DNA from: Macrostomum lignano
Lineage: Eukaryota
DNA: 64,000 nucleotides
Assembly: GCA_002269645.1 (NCBI GenBank)
Contig: NIVC01001370.1
Coordinates: 215,297-279,296 of the forward strand
Reading direction: 5' to 3'
The notes beneath the pieces are model-generated. The model had not been told where the DNA came from. It did no database searches and saw only the letters and a program-made list of their open reading frames with translations. The translations under genes were made by a program, and so were the position numbers. Shown piece after piece: positions 12,211-23,124 of the stretch (the first letter of the stretch is position 1; the number at the start of each line of letters is the position of its first letter).

Positions 12211-12324
12211 CTGCAAATTTATAAGCTTTATTCATTTTCAAATGCAGAAAACTATCATTCTAAAATAAATTAGCAAGTTCTCCTTCTAAGCTTTCCTTAA
12301 TATTAAATCCTCACCCTCACCCTC

Positions 12325-13470
12325 CTTTCATAGAAAAATGCTATTAAGCTTCCCCTTTCATAGAAAAATCCTATTAAGCTTCCCCTTTCATAGAAAAATC
12401 CTATTAAGCTTCCCCTTTCATAGAAAAATCCTATTAAGCTTCCCCTTTCATAGAAAAATCCTATTAAGCTTCCCCTTTCATAGAAAAATCCTATTAAGCT
12501 TCCCCTTTCATAGAAAAATCCTATTAAGCTTCCCCTTTCATAGAAAAATCCTATTAAGCTTCCCCTTTCATAGAAAAATCCTATTAAGCTTCCCCTTTCA
12601 TAGAAAAATCCTATTAAGCTTCCCCTTTCATAGAAAAATCCTATTAAGCTTCCCCTTTCATAGAAAAATCCTATTAAGCTTCCCCTTTCATAGAAAAATC
12701 CTATTAAGCTTCCCCTTTCATAGAAAAATCCTATTAAGCTTCCCCTTTCATAGAAAAATCCTATTAAGCTTCCCCTTTCATAGAAAAATCCTATTAAGCT
12801 TCCCCTTTCATAGAAAAATCCTATTAAGCTTCCCCTTTCATAGAAAAATCCTATTAAGCTTCCCCTTTCATAGAAAAATCCTATTAAGCTTTCCCTTTCA
12901 TAGAAAAATCCTATTAAGCTTCCCCTTTCATAGAAAAATCATATTAAGCTTTCCCTTCCATAGAAATGTCCCATTAAGCTTTCCCTTTCATAGAAAAATC
13001 CTATTAAGCTTTCCCTTTCATGGAAAAATCCTATTAAGCTTCCCCTTTCATAGAAAAATGCTATTAAGCTTCCCCTTTCATAGAAAAATCCTATTAAGCT
13101 TCCCCTTTCATAGAAAAATCCTATTAAGCTTTCCCTTTCATAGAAAAATCCTATTAAGCTTCCCCTTTCATAGAAAAATCATATTAAGCTTCCCCTTTCA
13201 TAGAAAAATCCTATTAAGCTTCCCCTTTCATAGAAAAATCCTATTAAGCTTTCCCTTTCATAGAAAATTCCTATTAAGCTTACCCTTTCATAGAAAAATC
13301 CTATTAAGCTTTCCCTTTCATATAAAATCCTATTAAGCTTCCCCTTTCATAGAAAAATCCTATTAAGCTTTCCCTTTCATAGAAATCCTCCCCTTGCGCT
13401 TCCCCTTCCATAGAAATGTCCCATTAAGCTTCCCCTTTCATAGAAAAATCCCATTAATCTTCCCCTTTCA
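12325..13470. repeat. 30-bp near-perfect minisatellite CTATTAAGCTTCCCCTTTCATAGAAAAATC (DCAF17 intron)
   Basis: About 37 units, homogeneous at the left and degenerate at the right. Confidence 0.97.
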
Positions 13471-13649
13471 TCCCACCCTTCAGCCTCCCCTTTCTCAGAA
13501 ATCCCACTTTTCAGCCTCCCCTTTCATATAAATCCCACCCCTCAGCCTCTCATTCAATAGAAATCTCCCCCAAGGATTCCCCTTAATAGGAATATGCCAT
13601 ATGCCATGGACAAACAACAGTATCAAGCTGCACTACCGCAACCACTCAC

Positions 13650-14071
13650 TTAATCCCTGTCCTACTAAACGACACCATCCGATCCAGCTGCAGTTGATCA
13701 GCCCAGGTGAGGCACAGCTGCAACAGGCAGTTATTTCGACTCAAAGTCAGCACGGCGGCAGAGTGGCCGCAGGCGGCCCTGTCTGGCACAGAGTAGTACA
13801 CGGTCTCGCCAGACCGGGTGGACACCATCCCTTGGCGCTGAGTGATACTGGCAGCGCCTAATCCGCCAAGGCGACGCAAAGCCAGACGACCTTGTCGCCG
13901 TTCAACAGAGCAGACTCTGACGCCGCCGTGCGGGAACACTAGGCGAGACATGAACAGCAGGGGCCGCTCTTTGTCCGAGTACAATAGTACACGACTCTGA
14001 TCAGCGGACTCCTGCTCAGCATTGTCGCACGCATGATTCCTATCCTTACTATGCAATCGGGTAGTATACAA
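13650..14071 (-). CDS. DCAF17: DCAF17, upstream exon (5' end uncertain; first in-frame ATG at 13951)
   Basis: SAAVLTLSRNNCLLQL aligns to DCAF17 SSLIALTAHNWLLRI; donor ATTAA|GTGAGT (phase 2) joins to give GIKFVALDW. Confidence 0.8.
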
Positions 14072-14170
14072 TAGTTTAATTAATTGACAACCATAATAAT
14101 TGCCAATATTCCAATTGCGATAGCGGCAACCGCGGCCTATGCGCCATTCTTCAATTAGTTTAACAGCATT

Positions 14171-14208
14171 GATTGGCCTCGCTAATAATGGAGGACGCTT
14201 CTGATTGG
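14171..14208 (-). promoter_or_regulatory. Tandem CCAAT boxes upstream of DCAF17
   Basis: GATTGG at 14171 and 14203, 32 bp apart, just upstream of the exon. Confidence 0.35.
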
Positions 14209-16449
14209 CTGACTGAAAATCATTTTAACATAGCCTTTGGTCAATGTCTAGGATCTGGGACTATTGCCCCCTTTGGCACTATATTTGGTGAGACTATTAA
14301 GTATATCAATTTCATTTCTTAACTTTTTTAGAAACAAAAACTTTCTCAAAATTCTCATAAAACACATAATTATTTATTATTCTAACTTTGCATCTTCAAA
14401 TGTTTGATTTCTGTCTTATATAGGTTTTCTAAGGTTTTATAAGAGTACACAGTCACAGAAAGTATATAAATGGTCCATAGATTTCCCCAAATAATCTTTT
14501 TGACTATGAGATAATTAAATATTCTACTAATAGCTACATATTTCAATAACCAATCAATGAAATAAGGTTATGTAAGGTTATATAAGCCTTTCTATCAATA
14601 CTAACCACATGGCCAATCATATAATATATATTAGAACAAAAAATGAAGGCTTAAACTAGGCTTATATATAGGCCTAGCTTATATTTATGTACATATAAAA
14701 AATGGCTTAATTTGTACCAAAGCAAACCAATTTATGTACATATATTATACTTATTTACCCTAAGAAATAACATTAAACAAACTATTAAATTATATTTATA
14801 AGAATATATACTTAACCTACATGTAATTAAAATATCAAATTTTCATATATAGTATAAAGTATATCTAATACTAATAACAATTAGTTTAGCTCTATAGGAG
14901 CTTTTAGAGTTCTAATTTATAATAATTTATGATCATTATAGATCAAATAACTTAAACATAATGCTGAAACAGATAATGCATTATACATACCAAAATGAAT
15001 ACCACTTTTGACCCTTTTGCAGTATACAGCTTAAGTGTGCCAGATGCCTACACTAATTAATACACACAGGACTAGGGGAAATATTGTAGAGAACAGTTAA
15101 TCATATCCTAATGCACTGCTTAAAGTAACATCTAAAAAAATCAATTTAAACTTGCAATCTATTGTTAGAATAAGTCATAATGAGTCATCTATTTTTAGAA
15201 ATCTATTTTAGAATGAGTCATATACAAACAGAAGTGACTCAGAGCCCTATGTAGGACCAACATTTATTTGATCAAGGAACTGGTTCCCAGGAGTTGTTTT
15301 TGCTTAATTCCATATATGGTAATGACCAAACATTCATGACCCCTTGAACATGTGTGACCTAAATAAATAACTGATTTTACTTGTAAACCAGTTTTTTACC
15401 AAAATTTTATATTAAATAAAAGCAAAAATCTGAGTCAAAAATTCAGACATGGAGCAGTCTTAAGGAAGACTTTGGAAGACATTAATAAAGAAGACCTCTC
15501 TGAGAGACAAAATCTAGACTGATTGGTAAGCATTTGCCAGATTTAGTTATTTGTCATAGCAATAATAAGTTGATTAATTGAGTTTATGAGAGCCACTTAT
15601 TGTTAACACATTTGAAAAAGGCCTCCATATTTCTAGACAATTTATTGATTTGATTTGAGTAACAATGATGTAACAAAGAAGACACCCTCAGGAAGACCTA
15701 TTACAGATACTTAGAGAATTCAATTGTTCATTAGGGTGCACATTCTATTATTAACTCCAAGCTTGAGGACTGTCAAGAATTCCAATTTGTTCTCATTTTG
15801 GTCAGCCCACAAATAAAGTTAAGGACTCCAGGAGACAGCAGCTATTTATTGAAACTGGCTGCCACCATTGCTCAACAAGCTAGCTAGCCTTACAACCAAC
15901 AAGACTCCAACAACTACCAACCATAAAAGGATCCACTGCAGAAGTTATTTGATTTTGCAATTTGCATATACCAAGGCACTTGTTCCCCAGTGTTTAGAAG
16001 TAGGAGTTTTCAAGTGACTGATCACCACTCTTAAACTTTTTAATATTCTTTGGTAAACTTGAGATAAGTCAAGCCTTAGCTCCACCTTTCCTTTACTTGC
16101 TGCTATGCTACACTTCTTTATGCTATATTGCACCTGATTATTGCACCTTTCTTTGGGGTTAGGCTTTTTTAGCTTATTATAATATATGGAATATTATTAT
16201 ATAAATTTGTTAAGACAATGATACATTAAATATATGCAAACTAGTATTTATCAATTAATCAAAATTATTTACATATTTGTTTATATAGTGAGCCAATGCT
16301 CACTTAGGTTAGTTTTTTTATTGTATGTTTTATAATATTTAAATTACTAATTAAAGCATAGGGACTTGACATTAGTTACCTTACAAATGCTTTGTTTTCT
16401 CTTCAATATCTACCAAATGGACAAGTATTTTTCAATTGCCATTGTATAA

Positions 16450-17700
16450 TGGCTTTCCAATTTGTAAAAGGAAAGTATGGTTTATAGCTACTATTGTATA
16501 ATAAGCATCTATATAAAATTACTAAACTAGGAGTATCTTGTATGCTGCTATACTACTTTTACTGCCAAAACACAATTAGAAAGTGGAATTATAACAATAA
16601 GTAGACAGCACAACTATAGTCCAGAGACTGATTAAAGAATAAATATGATGGCTTTGAAGTATAGGCTCTACAGTTTTAATATCAATCAACCATCAAAGCA
16701 GCTACATACATTGTTTGATGAAGTATCTAGTGGATATCTAGCTAAAAGTTTGATTGGCTTTCTACAGGTAGAATAGTGCATGTGGCACTCTAGAAGCTCT
16801 ATGCAACCAGGATTTCTGACATCAATTGATGAAGCCATTGAGTTGCTTGAAACAGAAGGCCACTTGCAACACTATGGAACAAAGATGCCAAGAAAGTATA
16901 TTAAGGTAGCATGTAGGAAACTAGCAATTTTTGCTCATCTAGATTTGCTAGTTAGATTGGAAAGAAAGGGTCAAGTCTTCATTGATAGAAGATTCTATGT
17001 AGTTTTGTAACCTTTTTATCAACTTGTCACCACTGGTATAACCAAACAAGGCTGCTTTTTTCTGACCTATTTCTACCTCTTCCTGCTAATAGGCAAGTCA
17101 AAGGCAATTTATCATTTAGTATAAACAAAGCTTTAGTAGCTATGCCCATTGTTTTAGCTACTAGAAATTATGGTCAACTTTAAGATTATATTGCGCAATT
17201 CATTCTTTTAAGACCTTTGCAGAAGCTAACTATATTTGGTTAACAATGTCACTTCTCTTAGGCCATCTTGACAAAGCTTAAAAAGCTAGGCCTTTGGGCT
17301 AACATGCTGTGCATTACTAATATCTAGCATTATACCCACCTACTTATGTGCTTACCATTGTTACTAGTTGTGAGCTACATAGATAGGCTATAATAATCTT
17401 TTTGGCCACATAAAATGTATTTATTTGTTTATATACTTAACTGTGTCTTATTGGGATCTCTGTTTAATTGATAGGTATAGATAATTTGGCATAACCCTAG
17501 TTTCTCATATTTAACTACTTTTGATGGTAAAAACCAACATAATTGACTAAAACAAGTTAGTCTATAGCAGTCAAAAGTCAAGGGGCCATTTTAAACTGCC
17601 TCTGGTTTGATCGATCAAAAGTTTCTAGTCAAAAGTTTAATAGATGGGATTTAAAAGATAGAGTTCTAAGTTCTAACTAACTAACTCCAACAAATTTCTT
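16450..17700 (+). mobile_element. Decayed Mutator-like (MULE) DDE transposase pseudogene
   Basis: Reading through stops gives VFIDRRFYVVL*PFYQLVT (DGTF...PFYQL), MVNFKI (DFE) and CHFS*AILTKLKKLGL (CxFH...KLGL), with an upstream HNY/HNH-like motif. Confidence 0.8.
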
Positions 17701-20326
17701 CCAACAAAGGAGTTGGCCTGGTTGTAAGATGGAGAGCAGGTTCAATTGGACTAAGCATTAAGTTGTCTAGACATAGGCTAAGTCATTGTTGAAATTAAAA
17801 AATTTATATTAAAAAAATAATTTAATGCAAGAAACTAGGATTATACCTGTTGATTTAAAATAAACACATCAAAAATATATTTTTAAACCTTAAACTTTAA
17901 TTAAAACTTTAATTTTTAATTATTATATAATATAAATTTTACATATCTATATGCCAATAGATATTATAATAAATGTTTATTAGAAGATAATAATGTGGCG
18001 AGTTGTTTTTACTTTTTAATTTAATAAGGGTTTACAAACTTAGAACTTCTTTGGATGGCCAAAATTGATAACAATATCACATTTAACACTATAGCTATGA
18101 GATATATATCCTACCACATAGTATAGGCCTAACTAATAAGCTACATAGCTTGTATGTAGTACATAGAATAGGAATAGACTATCTTATACTTTTCTAATAT
18201 TCTGTAACATATAATGTTGCTAATTAGCAATAGAAACAAAATGTATATTGATTATTGTGTCAATGATAAAAGAGAAATCAAGGATTCAAGTAAAGTTCAT
18301 TTCTAGTTAAATCATCTTGAAATCCAATCTAGCAATTTAAATTAAGTCAAGAACTTAAAAGTTATTAATATTTGTGTTTTATAGAATTGAGAAACATTTA
18401 AAGATTTTTATTTTTAATATAGAATAGAGGCTATAGTAGAAATTATCTGGGTTTTTTAAGGTTGAAAATCCAGTTGCCAGCTGGCCCTTGGGGCTCAAAA
18501 TCCAGTTGCCAATGGCTATTTTTGGTTGCCCATTGGCAACTAGCCAAATTCTCAAGGATGGATATTTCTAAGGCTATGTTTGAAAATCAGAAATTTGTTC
18601 TCTTAACTCTAAGATTGCTATCTATGCTTCTAATAATTAAAAACTATCAAATAATTAAATACAATAGGCCTACAAATAGAAATTGTTTGTTAAATCAAGA
18701 CATATTTTTTAATTTATATTGTTAGGCTTTTTGCCAAAATTTCTATCTCTTTTATTGCCAATATAAGAAAATATTGTCACAAAAAATTCATTTATCTCAA
18801 AATTGTTGCCAAAGTCAGTGTCTATCATTAAAATGCCCTGTCTAAAATGACTAATAGCCTTTGCTGCTACTACTAGCATAGCAGTGCTAGTGCTACTTGT
18901 AATTTCAAGATATCTATGTTGTGAAATGTTGACATTATCAAATTTTAACCTTATGACTAGATCAATAATGTGTATCATTTATTATAAAATGAAAGTGGCT
19001 ATTATTTGTTTTCTACATTTTGAAACTTTGACTTTGTTAATTTTTTTAAAGTGGCTACCATTTGAGTTTTTGATATTGTGAAATTTTGAGTTTGTGAACC
19101 TCCCCCTATCTCTAAATCAACTTTATAATTCTTCTTTCTCATCTATTTTTAAGATAGGTCCAAATAAGCTAGCAAATTCCAAATTGTTCTTTAAGGAAAG
19201 CAGAGCCTTTGAATAGGCCTAGGCTTAACTGAAAGTTTAAGCAATGTTCTATAACTGGCAGTGCCTGGCAGTTGGCACTACCTAGCTAGCCTAGCTTATA
19301 CAGTTATACAGTTAGTTATACAGCTAACTTATACAGTTACTTATCCAGCTAGGCCTAGTGCTTCCTAATACTAATCGTAGACTACTAGTACTAGTATTAG
19401 GCCTAGTATAGTATACTGGATCCTACTAGTATACTAGCTCACCTCAAACCTTTGCTTAGTTCCCTTTTGAATTGTAATATGCCTAGTTGCTACAATATCA
19501 AACAAACCCAATGTCAATTTTATCTTTCCTTAATTACCTGACTATATAAAAACTGCTGTCATAAAAATTGAATTTTTATAGATTGAATAACTCAGATAAA
19601 TAATTAGGAAAATAGGTCATTTTGCAATTTTTTCTAAGAAGTACAAGTACTAAATAAAGTCTAGTTCTCAGAAAATTTTGCCTTAAAATAGCTCTAAATG
19701 CGTTAGTAGGTCTGTTTAACTCATATATGTATTTATGTATATAAAGTTTACCATATTTTGTTTTTCTGAGATTTCACTGCATTCTCGAATACGTCGAGGG
19801 GAGCCTGCGAAACGAAGCGATGCCAGCTTGCAATTGCAAGAAAGAATGTGATTAGTCATTTCAAGTGGTCCCCGGCAGCCAAGTCGAGTAATTAAGTGGC
19901 AGTTGCCACTAGCTAGGTGGGGATACGAGGATATATATTTCCGTTTTCGGAAATTTCCTAATTGGTCCATTCATTTTTATGATAAATTATCTTAATTATT
20001 TTTTGCATTGCATTTATCTAGAATTTGTCACACGGATTTTATTGTAAATTGAAACTTTACCGGAATTTCCGGAATTTGACGTGGCCCGGCCTACGCCTAG
20101 CTATGGTTATTACCAGCCGTGCCAATTCCGACTGCGTCCGGAAGGTTTTTTTCGCCCGATACTGATCAACCGCCGTAAGCCTGGCCTGGCTCCCAAATTC
20201 AGGCCGACACTTCGGCCTTTGCTTCTTGTATGCAATGCCATTTCGAACTCTCATTCTCAAGTCCTAGCAAAAGTATGTGCATTAAGTATGACTTTTTATT
20301 TATGGCATGCGTTTCTGCATGACTTC

Positions 20327-20718
20327 ATCCCTAGAGGACATTCTGTTTCTCAAACTTAGCAGATCTTGTCTCTGTGCCATTCTTAGCAGATCTTCTCAAT
20401 CTGCTCGGTTCTTGCAGGATCTTCTAAGATATGGGAGGTACATTTGTTTTGTTGTTCATTCGGCTTAAGTGTTCTAGCTGAACTATGTTTATTTTATGAC
20501 AAAAAAGGACAATAAATTTAAGAAAATATGCGATTCGAAGCTATAAGAAGATATAAAAGCTAAGATCTTGTACGATGTAGCAAGTCGCCCAGATCTGGTA
20601 AGTTTACCTAAGTATTATTATAGCGAAGATCTTGCACGTTCTTGCAAGTACTTGCGCAGTAACCCAAGAAGATAGACAAGATCTGCTAAGAATCTACAAG
20701 TCAATGTCTTCTAGGGAT
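20327..20718. mobile_element. Possible MITE with ~45-bp imperfect terminal inverted repeats
   Basis: ATCCCTAGAGGACATT...CTTAGCAGATCTTGTCT versus its reverse complement at 20674-20718; no TSD seen. Confidence 0.4.
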
Positions 20719-21780
20719 CTGGAATAATGGCAAATGTAATTGAATTTATTATAGACTTACCAAAAGCTTTCATACCTGTACATGCATATACATGCCACAG
20801 CTTCCTGTAGCTGATCGGCGCCCTCTCCTTCGCGCTGCAGCTGTGAATTGATTGAAACTGATCAGTCTCGTACATCTACAGCTATAGACTACATGTGTAC
20901 ATGTACATGTTAAGTTACTCAATACTGTTTTTTCTAGGACTGCTATATACATGTAAGAACTGTAAAACTGTAAAAACTGTGAGAACTGTAAAATTGTACA
21001 CGTCACTACGTGTACATGTAGATGATTTAGTCGGGTTTTTTGTACTCCCATAGTTTTCATTGGCCAAAACGGATCAAAAAAGTAAAATTACGAACAGTAA
21101 AATTTAACTGTGTGTTAACGGGAAAGTTACACACTTTACTTGCATTATATTTTTTGCTTGCATTACACTGGCATGTTAAATAGACATAACACGATCTAGC
21201 CAGTAAATCTTAGCCGTGAAGTGGCAGCCCTGTCAATAGGGTGGAGTGGGGTTTCCAGGTTTGAAGAAAAATATTACAATTAAAACTTTAATTGAACAAA
21301 TGAAGAAAAAACGAACTCACAATAGAAAACAACATTTTTGGAAAAGTTAAAATCCTAAAATTTTAAAGTACCGACAATTAAACAGTTTATACAATTCACG
21401 TTTGCTGTACACCTTGCATTATTTACATTATTTAGATACACTGCGATATTTCAATATTTCAATAATATACTTTACCCGCCCGGCTGCTTCGGTCATTTTT
21501 GCAAAGCTTTGGCCAACAAATATCAAGAAGCACTGCACAGCTTGTTGGATTAAACTGGTTCGGAATGACGATTACAATAACATAAAATATTGCGATAGCG
21601 CTGAGTGAACAAGAACGATTAAAGATTAAATCAATAAGTCCCTGAAGCTGGCTCAACACTTGGTGAAGTCAAAACAGACCAGTCAACATGCTATCATTTT
21701 TCGCAAGAAATGCTTTGCAAACATCAACAAGTCAATAGAGCAGGAAAGCTATTGCGTATAAGACGCAGCATTTACATGTA

Positions 21781-21855
21781 CAGTGGCTGGTCCAAAGGAG
21801 GTCAAGGAGGTCAACTGCCCCCACCCCTTGTGGAAAGATTTTTGGATCCGCCCTG
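21781..21855. mobile_element. Possible very short non-autonomous DNA element
   Basis: CAGTGGCTGGTCCA...TGGATCCGCCCTG imperfect TIRs; no TSD. Confidence 0.3.
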
Positions 21856-21946
21856 GAGCAATTTTAGCAAGCCTTTACTAAACTCAAATTTTAGTTTCTA
21901 ACAATTTTCTCAGCAGCCAATAGTCCCTTGTTCTGTCCACATGGCC

Positions 21947-22260
21947 GGGGCTGTAGCCCAGTGCAGTGGTTGGAGCGTCGAACTCCCGACTTGAAAGGTC
22001 GGGGGTTCGATTCTCGACCTGCACTCGGAACAATTTGCATCCTTGAGCAAGACGCTAAAAACTCTCTGCATTGCTTCAGTTCACCCAGCTGTAAAATGGG
22101 TGCCAGCATTAGCTGGGGTAATTGAGGCTGTGTGTGCCGACCCCCCCCCCAGTCCTTGGACTGAACAGCCGTACGCAGCCTTCAGATGCACTGCGCAATA
22201 GCTGCAGCTAAGCTGTCGGTTGCACCCATTAGGGTAGGTGTAATCAATTATTATTATTGT
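21947..22260 (+). mobile_element. tRNA-derived SINE with CORE-like domain and (ATT)n tail
   Basis: Head GGGGCTGTAGCCCAGTG..GTGGTTGGAGCG (A box) and GGTTCGATTCT (B box); body CCTTGAGCAAG...CTGTAAAATGGG; tail ATTATTATTATT. Confidence 0.8.
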
Positions 22261-23124
22261 CCCTGGCAACTTTCAGCGATCCCAGTGTGTAACTGTAGCA
22301 GTGTTGACTCTGAAAGTGTCTATTATACTACTCAACAGCCTCTGATAAGGCGCAGAATTGCTCGACCAAACAGCAGAACGGACAGGACAAATGCAATTGA
22401 GGCCACCACTTTTGTCGGCTCCTGGATAATATTGTCCTGCAAATTAAGCATAAGGAAATAGTTTAAAAGAAAATATCTAGTATTTCTACTGTAAGTAGAG
22501 TGACCAGAAACTAATAGAAAAATATAAATTTCTCTCTCTGTAATGACTCATTGCCACCTTTTCCTTGGCCAGGGGAAGGGGCGGGGGGCTCTACAAATGA
22601 ATGTTTAAAAATAGACATTACGTACACCGCTCCTGCGCAGCATGCGAGTAGCGCCTGCGCATATTTATGTAGTCAGACATACAAGTCTACATTTTCAGCT
22701 TAAAAAAGGACTTTATGGCCAATTTCCTAGATAGCGCATTTTTTCACTTGCCTAAAGTCCCGTCTAAATCCTCTCTATGCCAGGATCTCTATCTAAATCC
22801 CCTCCTGGCCTCATCGCCAGACTCCCTATGACTTCCTTTATCTAGTTTATGCTTATACACTCGTTTAAGTGAGGTCTGGGTGCAAACATGTTAATTATTA
22901 TTACCGCGTGTACCCGTACGCTTGTAAATGTAAAGAAATTCGAGAGATGAATCATAAATGAATCATGTGATTAGTGATTAGACACTATCACACTATAGTC
23001 TAGAATTCTTTACTTTTAGGGTCGACTAAGGAAGTACAATGTGTAGTTTATTTTGGCTATAGAAACTGGCAGTGGGGGACAACTTGGCGCTACCCCTCTC
23101 GTTATTGCGTGAGTTTGCACTACC

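Noticed and set aside
12338-13336. 332-aa ILLSFPFHRK repeat ORF
   Set aside because: 30-bp array inside the DCAF17 intron, on the opposite strand
21947-22030. tRNA gene
   Set aside because: No acceptor-stem pairing, and it continues into a SINE body and tail
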